Source: an uncultured virus (IMG/VR IMGVR_UViG_3300035445_000118)
Lineage: Duplodnaviria > Heunggongvirae > Uroviricota > Caudoviricetes
Direction: 5' to 3' (one strand)
Length of the DNA stretch: 64,000 nt
Virus record (IMG/VR): IMGVR_UViG_3300035445_000118
Position numbers and translations under genes: made by a program. Positions within the stretch are counted from its first letter, which is position 1. Every line of letters begins with the position of its first letter. A model generated the notes under the pieces. It made no database searches and was not told the DNA's origin. It saw only the letters and a program-made list of their open reading frames with translations. Below, piece by piece: positions 38,485 through 47,443 of the stretch.

Positions 38485-38762
38485 GGGGAAATATCCCCTC
38501 TTTGAATAGCCTCATCAATTTCAGAAATGCTTAGAGGGCGTCGGGGTTCTCCAAGGGACCATAACCACCATTCACCTTCGTGGATTTTGTATTCTTGGCG
38601 CAGTAAGTTGGACATAAAATGGCATGTCTCATCGACCATTTTCTTCATGTCTTCAGTAGATGGCTTTTGAATTGTGATATTGGCTTCGCGCAATATCTCA
38701 CGAATTTCTGTCGCCATTTTCCGAAGTTTTTCCTCTTGTGCCTGTTTTTCTACTTGGTCCAT
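38481..38762 (-). CDS. hypothetical protein
   Basis: Small ORF coupled to the MTase. Confidence 0.5.
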   Translation of the reverse strand: MDQVEKQAQEEKLRKMATEIREILREANITIQKPSTEDMKKMVDETCHFMSNLLRQEYKIHEGEWWLWSLGEPRRPLSISEIDEAIQRGDISP

Positions 38763-38952
38763 TGAGGTCTACTCCCTGCTCAATCACCATCTGCAACTTT
38801 GCTATCGCTGCGACTACGGCGTCGCGGTCCTGTTTCCCGATGCCGTCACGCATCGCCTGATAATAGGTCAACGCCAGCGACCAGAGCTTCAGGTTCTCGT
38901 GTTTGGTCGCGCGCTTCTCAGCGTTTTGTATCTGAGGCGGTTTAGCTGACAT
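38698..38952 (-). CDS. hypothetical protein
   Basis: Small ORF in the island. Confidence 0.45.
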   Translation of the reverse strand: MSAKPPQIQNAEKRATKHENLKLWSLALTYYQAMRDGIGKQDRDAVVAAIAKLQMVIEQGVDLNGPSRKTGTRGKTSENGDRNS

Positions 38953-39208
38953 GGGATAACTCTTTCATGAGGCGTTTTATACTCGACTGGGTACCACCAT
39001 ACATCGTAAAGCGTTCCATGCGGTCGCTGCGTAGAATGGGAATGCCCTCATATTCGCTCAACTCAGCGAGCATGGAGGGATGAAGGGCGAAACACAGGTC
39101 TTTATGTTTCCAGCCATGTTCTTCTAACTGTCGAATCATCGTGGAAAGAGCATCAAGTTCGACGGCATGAGTCGTTGTATAGTCTAGATAGTCGTTGCCA
39201 GTCGTCAT
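38942..39208 (-). CDS. hypothetical protein
   Basis: Small ORF overlapping the GT stop. Confidence 0.5.
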   Translation of the reverse strand: MTTGNDYLDYTTTHAVELDALSTMIRQLEEHGWKHKDLCFALHPSMLAELSEYEGIPILRSDRMERFTMYGGTQSSIKRLMKELSHVS

Positions 39209-40170
39209 AATCTCAACCACTCCTTCACCTGCTGATACTTGCTCTCGGTCGGCGCGAACTGCTTCTGCACGAAGTCCGTTCCACGCGCCCGGACAATCTC
39301 CATCTGCTGTCGATGCTGAAGTGCCCAGATCAGGCGTTCACCCATCGCTTGCGGATTGAGACGTGGCACGAGGTAGCCCGTGTAGCCGTCGATCAGAAAC
39401 TCACGGTTGCCCAACACGTCTCCCGCGATGAGCACACAGCCCGCATGGAGCGACTCTTGCTGTGAGCGAGGACAGCCTTCCCCAAACAACACGTGTTTGC
39501 CGGGGTTCATCCCCAGGAACACGTCACAGGAGCGTAGTTGGTCGATCACGTCTCGCTCAGACCCCTGGACGTGGTAAAACTCGACCGGCAGTTCTTTTTC
39601 CTGGCACATGCGCCGGATAATATCGATGTGACCCATCGTGTGCGGTCCTTCGATCATAAACCCCACCCGATTTTCCACGCGCTGCTCTGGAGCGGGATAC
39701 CAGTAGTCGGTATCGGACCACTCCTGGATAATCGGGATGGAGGTCTGAAACTGGCTCAGGTACCAGGCGTGTTGGTGCCGCGCATGGGTCGCCACACCCC
39801 CGAACTTGGGCCACCAGTGCTTCAGCGCCTCGAAATGCCTGCCCGAACTGCTGTGGGCCAGCTCGGCGTCAAAGAAGTAAGGATGGTCGGTCAACTGAAG
39901 CGCCAGCGTCGCCGCCATCCAGGTGGTCACGACCGTAACGGGCTGCCCCGACTCGACCATCTGCACCGCATCCACGTAGGAGATCGCCGGGGCGGGTTCG
40001 ATCATCCACGGGAGGACATGCCCATCCAGGGTCATGCGATAGGCGGTGTGGCCGTGAGCGCGTAATAGCTTCACCCAAACGGTTTGCAATTTAAAACCAC
40101 CATTTGCCACCGCATCACCCTGAGAATTTAGATTCTCAAGCGAAGAAAAAAGGATAACAGGCTCACCCAT
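39205..40170 (-). CDS. GT-B (GT4-like) glycosyltransferase
   Basis: NGG start, CDVFL, EGCPRSQQE (EX7E), GNREFLIDGYTG. Confidence 0.85.
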   Translation of the reverse strand: MGEPVILFSSLENLNSQGDAVANGGFKLQTVWVKLLRAHGHTAYRMTLDGHVLPWMIEPAPAISYVDAVQMVESGQPVTVVTTWMAATLALQLTDHPYFFDAELAHSSSGRHFEALKHWWPKFGGVATHARHQHAWYLSQFQTSIPIIQEWSDTDYWYPAPEQRVENRVGFMIEGPHTMGHIDIIRRMCQEKELPVEFYHVQGSERDVIDQLRSCDVFLGMNPGKHVLFGEGCPRSQQESLHAGCVLIAGDVLGNREFLIDGYTGYLVPRLNPQAMGERLIWALQHRQQMEIVRARGTDFVQKQFAPTESKYQQVKEWLRL

Positions 40171-41098
40171 CGATATAACCCCTCACCGCCCGCTCCCGTG
40201 CCTCATTCCAACGATAGCAGTTGAAGATCATCGTTTGTTGATAAATTCTGCGAAGATTATTCCCTTGAAAGGGTCTAACAAATTCTCGTAACACCAACAA
40301 AGCGTCCTCAATGGTATCCACCCACGCAGGACCCGCCAGACTTCCACAATGATCGCGGGCCACCGACAGACACCCACTCGCCATCGCTTCATAGGTGGAC
40401 AGCCCGAAGGATTCTCCCATGCCCGCGATAAGAGGCCAGGATTTATTCCAGGACAGAAAGGCCCCACATTGGCGCATCTTGTGAGCCACTTCTGCCTGCG
40501 TGCCCGTACAGCACACCACATTCTCTTGACCAAAGGCTTGTTGAAGACGAGACTTGATGTCGTAGCCGTTATCATCCGGTTGATAGCCCACCCAGTCCTC
40601 ATGTCGTTCGCGCGGATTCGCGTGAAAAAGGTCGCGTATCCAATTCGTCCACCGGTATTGAGGATTGAGATCCAGAAGACGATAATCGGGATCGAAGGTG
40701 GGATTGTTGATCGCAATGGTTTGACAATGTTCCCGCAACCATTGGCGCACCGGATCATAACGCGGTTCATCGCGCAAGATTTCTCCCGAACACCAGTACC
40801 GAATGTGCGGAAAGAGTTGCGGTTGTCTATTCAATGCATTGAGCCATGAATATAGCCAGGTCGTGATCACAGCGTAGTTTTCATCGGGCTGATGACACAC
40901 GCTCTCCCAAGGGGTCAGCGCAGGGGCAGGATAACCCGTCCACGCCCATTTCTCTACCGTCAGGCTGTCCGTGGGGTCGAAAAAGGCCACGGGATAACCC
41001 ATCGCTTCCAGGCGCGTGCTGAGTTCGGTGAGGCAGAGGAAACCCCCGTTGCCGAGATAGGTCCCGCCAGGGTCAGCGTGGATGTAGACGCGCTTCAT
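40163..41098 (-). CDS. GT-B glycosyltransferase
   Basis: NGG start, ESFGLSTYEAMASGC. Confidence 0.85.
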   Translation of the reverse strand: MKRVYIHADPGGTYLGNGGFLCLTELSTRLEAMGYPVAFFDPTDSLTVEKWAWTGYPAPALTPWESVCHQPDENYAVITTWLYSWLNALNRQPQLFPHIRYWCSGEILRDEPRYDPVRQWLREHCQTIAINNPTFDPDYRLLDLNPQYRWTNWIRDLFHANPRERHEDWVGYQPDDNGYDIKSRLQQAFGQENVVCCTGTQAEVAHKMRQCGAFLSWNKSWPLIAGMGESFGLSTYEAMASGCLSVARDHCGSLAGPAWVDTIEDALLVLREFVRPFQGNNLRRIYQQTMIFNCYRWNEARERAVRGYIDG

Positions 41099-41391
41099 TC
41101 GTCCTCCGTTTGTAAATATTGAGGTTTCGCGAAAACGTTATTATAGAGCATGGTGATAAACCATCGGTTATTAAAAGGATCTACTGCCAACTCTCCACCC
41201 GTAACCCATTTCCACACGAGCGATTCAAATGGAATTGATATTTTAGCCTGTTCTTCACTATCAAATACGCCTGCAATTTCCGTTTCTTGTTCATAATCAT
41301 TAAAGAAACGAATATATTGAAGAATGTAGATAGGGTGATTAGGCTCGCTCAAAGGTCCAGTTCTCCTCATATCCTGCGGTCTGGGTATCAT
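41095..41391 (-). CDS. hypothetical protein (start uncertain)
   Basis: AT-rich small ORF; IAGVFDSEEQA. Confidence 0.5.
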   Translation of the reverse strand: MIPRPQDMRRTGPLSEPNHPIYILQYIRFFNDYEQETEIAGVFDSEEQAKISIPFESLVWKWVTGGELAVDPFNNRWFITMLYNNVFAKPQYLQTEDE

Positions 41392-41929
41392 ACCCGATCA
41401 TCTTGAACCCTGCCGGTTCCAGCAACTCGCAGACCTCACGCGGTCCATATTCCTCCTGGTAGGTCTGCGTATCCGACACGTTGACCTCAATCGTGATACG
41501 TTCCACATTTTGGAGCCGCTCCCCCAGTCCCCGCAGCACATGCAGCCCGTTGCCCTGGGTGTCGATCTTGAGCCACGTCACGCGGTCGATGCTCATCTGC
41601 GTCATGAACGTGTCCAGCCGGATCACCTGGGTCAGCACCCGCCCGACCTCCGCAAAGTTGAAGCCCTCCGGCCAGCGTGTCAGTCCCTCCCGATCCAGGC
41701 GGTGCAGCGACGAACAGCCCGGCACGCGATTCAGATAAAGCCACGCCCAACCATCGGTGTCACCAACCGCCACGGGGATGAGATGATAGTTGGGCGCAGC
41801 GCCATACACGAACCGCCAGGCTCGTGGGTCGGGCTCAAAGGCATACACTGGGGTGTCAGGATGGGCAAACGCATACGGCAGCATCACTTCGCCGCGATGC
41901 GCCCCCACGTCCAAGGCACAGGTGGTCAT
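41339..41929 (-). CDS. FkbM-family O-methyltransferase
   Basis: LDVGAHRG, FEP, SSL, IRLD, KIDTQG. Confidence 0.9.
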   Translation of the reverse strand: MTTCALDVGAHRGEVMLPYAFAHPDTPVYAFEPDPRAWRFVYGAAPNYHLIPVAVGDTDGWAWLYLNRVPGCSSLHRLDREGLTRWPEGFNFAEVGRVLTQVIRLDTFMTQMSIDRVTWLKIDTQGNGLHVLRGLGERLQNVERITIEVNVSDTQTYQEEYGPREVCELLEPAGFKMIGYDTQTAGYEENWTFERA

Positions 41930-42276
41930 TAAAGTTGATGATCCTTCGCGATCAATCGCAGCAGGTGGAGTTGTTCGTCACTCACCCCCCCTCGGTGGTT
42001 GAAAATCAAGAACTTCAATCGGGCCGAGCCATAACTATACTGAATGAGATTGGTGTCCGACACCATAAACCAGACGTGACAACTAATCCTGTCGGTGACA
42101 TCCAGGCTAGTCACAGGGACTTCTTTACGCAGAATGGCACCGCATAATACGGCAACCTGTCCCAGGTGATAGAAAGCTCGTTGAAAGCTCCATTCTTCTT
42201 CCCGCGCAGCCAACTCAAAACCCGTGACGAGTTGAGGGGATAAGGTCTTTAATAAGGGATCATTCAGATAGGGCAT
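41929..42276 (-). CDS. hypothetical protein
   Basis: Coupled small ORF. Confidence 0.5.
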   Translation of the reverse strand: MPYLNDPLLKTLSPQLVTGFELAAREEEWSFQRAFYHLGQVAVLCGAILRKEVPVTSLDVTDRISCHVWFMVSDTNLIQYSYGSARLKFLIFNHRGGVSDEQLHLLRLIAKDHQL

Positions 42277-42290
42277 ATCTCATCTGTTCC

Positions 42291-42482
42291 TCAATCCACC
42301 TTCGGTCTTTCATCAGGCAGATTCTTCGGCTTGGTGAGCACGACCGTCAGGGCGTTCAGCCCAAAGTTGTGAACCAAATGGGCCTGAACTGTCCATCTCT
42401 CATCGAGCAACTGATTGACTTCCGCTTCCCCGCGTTCACAATCCTGGTCGTTCAAGGGGTTGAATACCACATATTTAATCAT
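42291..42482 (-). CDS. hypothetical protein
   Basis: Coupled small ORF. Confidence 0.45.
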   Translation of the reverse strand: MIKYVVFNPLNDQDCERGEAEVNQLLDERWTVQAHLVHNFGLNALTVVLTKPKNLPDERPKVD

Positions 42483-42828
42483 GAGATTCCCTGACCTGCT
42501 CCTCAATCCACTGAGACACGACCGACATATCAGTCTCATTGAAAGGCAATCGATCCTCAATGGGATCGTAGTTGCAAAGCACAAAAGTTTCGGTCAATGA
42601 GGTATAAATGACCTGCCCTGACTCCCGTTTATTGACCCCGAAGGCATAAATAACGATGCGATGTTCATCCAGGGTTATCCCGAACTGCTCTAAACGAGCA
42701 GCGCAAAGCACGTACCATTGACTACTCACAAGGATACAGCGCTTGAATCTCCATTCCATCAGATGCCACTGCAAATCATGAGCCGTGACCACAGAGAGTC
42801 CCCATTCGGTTGGAATATTGTTAACCAT
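42475..42828 (-). CDS. hypothetical protein
   Basis: Coupled small ORF. Confidence 0.5.
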   Translation of the reverse strand: MVNNIPTEWGLSVVTAHDLQWHLMEWRFKRCILVSSQWYVLCAARLEQFGITLDEHRIVIYAFGVNKRESGQVIYTSLTETFVLCNYDPIEDRLPFNETDMSVVSQWIEEQVRESHD

Positions 42829-43840
42829 TGCGCACCTGCTCCTCGATCCAGCGGTACGTCAGTTCCAGCCCGCCATCCAGCGACCGCTGCGGCTCCCAGT
42901 CCAGCACGGCCTTACACAACATGTTGTCCGAGTTCCGCCCCTGCACGCCCACCGGTCCCTCGACATGCACCAGGTCGATGTCCACTTGCGCAATCCGCGC
43001 AATGGCATAGGCCAGGTCGTTGATCGAGATCGCGCGGTCACTGCCGATGTTGAGCGGGGCGGCATAATGGCTATGCATCAGGCGGTAGAGACCTTCCAGG
43101 CAGTCGTCGATGTAGAGAAAGGATCGCGTCGCCGTGCCATCCCCCCAGATTTCGATGGGGAGAGTCTTATGCAACGGTTCCCAACCGTCCGCCGTCGATA
43201 CCGATGGAGCTAACGGACCATCGCGCAGTTTCCATTTCATCTCGGCAATCTTGCGACACAAGGCCGCTGGAGCTTTCTCCCGTCCGCCCTGCCACGTCCC
43301 TTGTGGGCCGTAGACGTTGTGAAAACGGGGGATGCGCACCGTCATGCCGTACTGGCGCGCATACGCCAGCGCCACCTGTTCAGCATACAACTTCTCCCAC
43401 CCATACTCAGTGTCAGGCCAGGCCGGAAGGGCGTCGCTTTCCTTGAGCGGAGCGGCGTCCAGGGTGGTTTGTTTGAAGCCGGGATAGACACACGCGCTCG
43501 ACGTGTACAGGTAGCGACCGACCTTGGCGTGCCGCGCCGCCTCTATCGTGTGGAGATTGATGAGCGCGTTCTGGTGCAGGATGTACGCCCCCTGCTGGCT
43601 GATGTAGCCCATGCCGCCCATCTCCGCCGCCAGCGCGTACACTTCATCGAAGCCGCCCTCCAGCGCTTCGGTCGCCGCCAAGGGGTAGGTCAGGTCCAGC
43701 AGCAGGAACTCGTCAGCGGCAGAGTCGGAGAACTCCGGGTACTTCTTATCCACCCCGCGCACCCAGTAGCCCTTGGCCTTCAGGTACTCGACCAGATGGC
43801 TGCCAATGAACCCGCCTGCGCCCGATACCAGTGCTCGCAT
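42821..43840 (-). CDS. NAD-dependent nucleotide-sugar epimerase, GDP-mannose 3,5-epimerase-like
   Basis: GAGGFIG, LAAEMGGMG, SSACVYP, YGWEK, GGREKAPAALCRK, GVQGRNSD. Confidence 0.9.
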   Translation of the reverse strand: MRALVSGAGGFIGSHLVEYLKAKGYWVRGVDKKYPEFSDSAADEFLLLDLTYPLAATEALEGGFDEVYALAAEMGGMGYISQQGAYILHQNALINLHTIEAARHAKVGRYLYTSSACVYPGFKQTTLDAAPLKESDALPAWPDTEYGWEKLYAEQVALAYARQYGMTVRIPRFHNVYGPQGTWQGGREKAPAALCRKIAEMKWKLRDGPLAPSVSTADGWEPLHKTLPIEIWGDGTATRSFLYIDDCLEGLYRLMHSHYAAPLNIGSDRAISINDLAYAIARIAQVDIDLVHVEGPVGVQGRNSDNMLCKAVLDWEPQRSLDGGLELTYRWIEEQVRNG

Positions 43841-43845
43841 TTGCT

Positions 43846-44151
43846 CTACTCCATCAACATAATACCATCAGCGGGAGGCCAGAGGGTATAGGGTTCATCG
43901 GGAGCGGTTGCCATATACTCCAGTGTAGCCTGCCACTGATGATTCTCGTTGGGGTGGTACGTCTTTTCTACGATGCGATACATCCGGCGTTTGTCCTTCG
44001 ATGATCCGCGAAAAAAGATGTAATCCCCGTCGCTAAATTCACTGGCGAACCCAAAAACAAAGATCCAGCCGGACAGACCATCATCGGTAGGGTACCACAT
44101 AAAGTGGGGAGCGCGTGGATCAGCACAGTCTAGAGCCCGATGGGTAGTCAT
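43846..44151 (-). CDS. hypothetical protein
   Basis: Coupled small ORF. Confidence 0.5.
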   Translation of the reverse strand: MTTHRALDCADPRAPHFMWYPTDDGLSGWIFVFGFASEFSDGDYIFFRGSSKDKRRMYRIVEKTYHPNENHQWQATLEYMATAPDEPYTLWPPADGIMLME

Positions 44152-44540
44152 TTCTTCTTCCCGATGAACATTTTGCCATCCTGATCCACATATCCGAAGG
44201 GTTCGCCTTCTTTGGTCTCAATCGTCGTCGCGATTTTCACGGCAGCCGTTAAATCGCCCATTTGGTTGACGACCGTGACCTGTTGACCCCGCAAGGCATC
44301 GTGGATTACAACGCCAATAGGTAACCAGATCACGGGAGCCTGAAACCGTTGCCAGAACCGCTGCCAGCGGGTCAGCACACGCGGGTAGGGATAGACTATC
44401 TCAGGGTGATCCGGTCGATAGGCCACGATCATGCCCGCCTGGAGCGGTTCACCAGCCATCCGATGGCAGGTCATCATGGGGGAAGCCAGGACCACCCCAT
44501 CCTGCTCTGGATCTCCCATGTACATCGAATAGTCTTTCAT
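44148..44540 (-). CDS. hypothetical protein
   Basis: ATGA overlap with the dehydrogenase. Confidence 0.5.
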   Translation of the reverse strand: MKDYSMYMGDPEQDGVVLASPMMTCHRMAGEPLQAGMIVAYRPDHPEIVYPYPRVLTRWQRFWQRFQAPVIWLPIGVVIHDALRGQQVTVVNQMGDLTAAVKIATTIETKEGEPFGYVDQDGKMFIGKKK

Positions 44541-45892
44541 TGGCCCACTCCCAGCGGAACATAACGTTTGCACCAGAAGGATAGCTCCGTCATGGCACGC
44601 CAGGGGTCAATGAGAGTCTTAGAAAGCATCAGCGCCAATTCGACCTGGGTGAAATCGGGGTGCATGAGCACTATCACATCAGCCTTATCGCAGCAGTCAG
44701 CGTTGTTATTGGCATACTCGACCGCGCAGCCCAACGCCGTGCGCGCCTCGTCCATCGCCAGCGGGTCGTAGACCACCACCCGACGCTGCGGGTTCATCAG
44801 CAGGTGGTCGATCAGATCCAGACTGGCTGACTCTTCGCAGACCGATGTGCCCGGTTTGTACGCCAGCCCCAACACGCCGACTACGCCCTCGTCGCCCGCT
44901 TCGCGCTCCACGATGCGCCACAGATGGTCAGTCATCGCGTCGTTCGTCACATCCACCACCTCGCGCAGGGATAAGGTCGACGTTTTAGGAACCCCGGCGC
45001 GTTCGAAGACGATTTCCAACGCCCGCGAGTCTCTGGGATAGCACGGTCCCCCGTAGGCTGTGCCTGCCTTGAAATAAAGTGAGCCGACGCGGGGATCATC
45101 CCCGATGATGCGCGTGACTTCATCAACGTTGGCGTGGGGAAGATGCTCGCATAACCGTCCCAGGTCATTGACGAACGAAATCTTATTGGTGACGAAAGCA
45201 TTGTCCGCGATTTTGGCGATCTCGCAGTTAATCCACGTGGAGCATCGCACGTCTTTCCCCTCGATATAGCGCTCGTAAATCTTCAGCAGCAGATCACGTG
45301 CCTGATCGTTCTCGGCCCCCACCATCGCTACCTTGGGATGGACCAGATCGTGAATGACGCTGCCCAGGGCGATCATCGTGGGGCTGTAGACCAACCCGAA
45401 GTCGTGCCCCTCCATCTTGCCACTTTCGCGTTCCAGGATGGAGCAGCACTCGCGCGTCTGACCCGGCATGACCGTGCTCACTAGGATGACCAGATGATAT
45501 GAGGTCTTCTCTTTCAGGGACAGCCCGATGTGTTCCATAACTGGCGCGAGATAGTCCAGCGTAAAGCCCCCATCTACCCCACTGGGTGTCGGCACGATCA
45601 CGAACGTTGCGTCGGAGTCCAGGACGGCTTGGCGCAGGTCCGTGGTGGCACTATATTGGCGAATACGAGGTTTTTCATTGGACCAGCCACCACCGACACC
45701 GACACGTTCGTAATAAACATGCTGTAGCCATGCCTGCAAGTCGGTTTCTTCGACCGGTGCTTTGCCCGCGTTGAGGGACGCGACTTTCGCTTCATCCGTA
45801 TCCACGCCGATCACTGAGAAGCCCGCGTCAGCGAGTACCGCCAGCAGGGGAGCGCCGAGTTTGCCCAGTCCTACGACCGAGAGAGTTGTCAT
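44537..45892 (-). CDS. ugd: UDP-glucose/GDP-mannose dehydrogenase family protein
   Basis: VGLGKLG, VPTP, STVMPG, EIAK..N, YGGPCYPRD catalytic Cys, GLAYKPGT, YDP. Confidence 0.92.
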   Translation of the reverse strand: MTTLSVVGLGKLGAPLLAVLADAGFSVIGVDTDEAKVASLNAGKAPVEETDLQAWLQHVYYERVGVGGGWSNEKPRIRQYSATTDLRQAVLDSDATFVIVPTPSGVDGGFTLDYLAPVMEHIGLSLKEKTSYHLVILVSTVMPGQTRECCSILERESGKMEGHDFGLVYSPTMIALGSVIHDLVHPKVAMVGAENDQARDLLLKIYERYIEGKDVRCSTWINCEIAKIADNAFVTNKISFVNDLGRLCEHLPHANVDEVTRIIGDDPRVGSLYFKAGTAYGGPCYPRDSRALEIVFERAGVPKTSTLSLREVVDVTNDAMTDHLWRIVEREAGDEGVVGVLGLAYKPGTSVCEESASLDLIDHLLMNPQRRVVVYDPLAMDEARTALGCAVEYANNNADCCDKADVIVLMHPDFTQVELALMLSKTLIDPWRAMTELSFWCKRYVPLGVGQ

Positions 45893-46176
45893 TTGTTTTC
45901 TCCAGGTACGATGACGCGAAGGATGGGGTTCAATTTCAATTGCTCCAACAAAAGGCCCACGGCTTCGTCGCTCATGACGGGAGCGCACGTCAGGTCGATA
46001 TAGGCAAAACGCCCCGTCTCGAAGTGGATGTCCACCTTTTGCAAGGTGTCAGGAGAAATTCCCAGGGAATCCAGAAATGGCTTGAGAATGTTGATCCCAA
46101 ATACGTGATTGGAGGGCGTCTTGCCCTGATCTGCGATCATTGTTTCCACCATAGTCTCCAAATCAGATGTTTCCAT
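45889..46176 (-). CDS. hypothetical protein
   Basis: ATGA overlap. Confidence 0.5.
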   Translation of the reverse strand: METSDLETMVETMIADQGKTPSNHVFGINILKPFLDSLGISPDTLQKVDIHFETGRFAYIDLTCAPVMSDEAVGLLLEQLKLNPILRVIVPGENK

Positions 46177-46263
46177 CCGATAATGTTATACCGAAACCCA
46201 TACATATCAATTGCATGGTGAGCTATCGCCAATCGGTGCCATCGCCAGATAAACACGGTGGTC

Positions 46264-46596
46264 TTATTCATCATCAGAGACCTTTATCTCGGAAAACTCA
46301 GAATGACCTGCCATCACGCTGGAAGCATAGATGACCATCTTGGCGTCTCCTTCTATTTTTATCCAATGGGAAGGAGATTTCAGAGTTTCATTAAACCCGA
46401 AGAGACCAGGGATGACGAGACTACCATCCGGTTGCAGATATGCCTTAGAGCGAACCCCGCGATTTTCAACGATAAAATGAAGCGGCTCACTCCAACTGTA
46501 ATCAGGGCGTTCCAGGGAAATCGGTTCGTAGCCATTACCTCGCAAGAGTTGTTCGGCTAAGGCTTGACCTTCATCGGTCACTGTAAAATGTTCCAT
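46264..46596 (-). CDS. hypothetical protein
   Basis: GGAG RBS. Confidence 0.5.
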   Translation of the reverse strand: MEHFTVTDEGQALAEQLLRGNGYEPISLERPDYSWSEPLHFIVENRGVRSKAYLQPDGSLVIPGLFGFNETLKSPSHWIKIEGDAKMVIYASSVMAGHSEFSEIKVSDDE

Positions 46597-46599
46597 CGC

Positions 46600-47367
46600 T
46601 CATTCTCCATACGGGGCGTGCAGCCCAATCACCTGCGGGTCGAGCGGTTGCGGGTCCAGAAACGGGATGGTCGCGCGCAGCGGGTACTGGGGAATAGGAT
46701 GATCCGGTGGCAGTGCCGTCACGGCGGTCAGCCCGTCCGCCACCCGCTCATAATTCAGCCATTTCAATGCGCGTTCCGCCAGCGGTTTGATGCCCTCATA
46801 ATGATAGATAGGCATGTGGGGGACGAAGATGATGTCCCGTTCGACTGTCGGGGACGTGTTGTTGGGGTCTTCCTTCCACAGTTGGTAGGCATTCGTCCCG
46901 GCGTGCAGGTTGCCATGCCATCGAAAGCCCTGGTGCAACTGGACAAAACGCAACTGCTTGTCCGGGCACAGGTAGGGGCAGAAGTGATAGCGGTCTTCGC
47001 TGAAGTTATAACGCGGGGTGATGACCACCTTGTATACGTGCAACAGATTAGCGCATTGGTCGATGTGGCGGGGCCACATGAGTTCGTCGGGGTCCCACTT
47101 AAAATAGGCATCGTAGCCCAGTTCTTCGCAGCGTTCCACGACGCAGTTCTGCTGGTTCCCGAAATGCCAATCCCAGTCGCGACGAAAGAGATGCCAAGGA
47201 ATGCCATGCAGAGCGCAGATGGTGGCTACCACCCTATCGCTGTCGTCCGTGCTGCCCCCATCCACGGCCACCACGCCATCAATCCTGCCCGATTGCAGAA
47301 TGACAGGCAGGTGCAGACGCAACCAGGACGCTTCATTCAGGAATTGAAAGCCGAGGGCGAATTTCAT
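46600..47367 (-). CDS. GT2-like glycosyltransferase
   Basis: NEA, VDGGSTD, F..Q.N, WDPDE, PD.QLR, HY. Confidence 0.85.
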   Translation of the reverse strand: MKFALGFQFLNEASWLRLHLPVILQSGRIDGVVAVDGGSTDDSDRVVATICALHGIPWHLFRRDWDWHFGNQQNCVVERCEELGYDAYFKWDPDELMWPRHIDQCANLLHVYKVVITPRYNFSEDRYHFCPYLCPDKQLRFVQLHQGFRWHGNLHAGTNAYQLWKEDPNNTSPTVERDIIFVPHMPIYHYEGIKPLAERALKWLNYERVADGLTAVTALPPDHPIPQYPLRATIPFLDPQPLDPQVIGLHAPYGE

Positions 47368-47412
47368 GACGGCAAGACTCCGCTGGGCGTCTAGAGGATA
47401 ACGTTCATGAGT

Positions 47413-47441
47413 AGTCTACCATGAATATCGAATGTTTACAA
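47413..47441 (-). promoter_or_regulatory. promoter heading the glycan island
   Basis: TTGTAA-N17-TAGACT with extended -10 TG, immediately after the portal stop. Confidence 0.55.
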
Positions 47442-47443
47442 GG

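Noticed and set aside
46177..46263. Possible internal promoter in the island (TATAAC on the - strand)
   Set aside because: No properly spaced -35 box
32358..47367. Island as an O-antigen seroconversion (gtrABC-type) cassette
   Set aside because: No flippase, bactoprenol transferase or polytopic GT; enzymes look soluble
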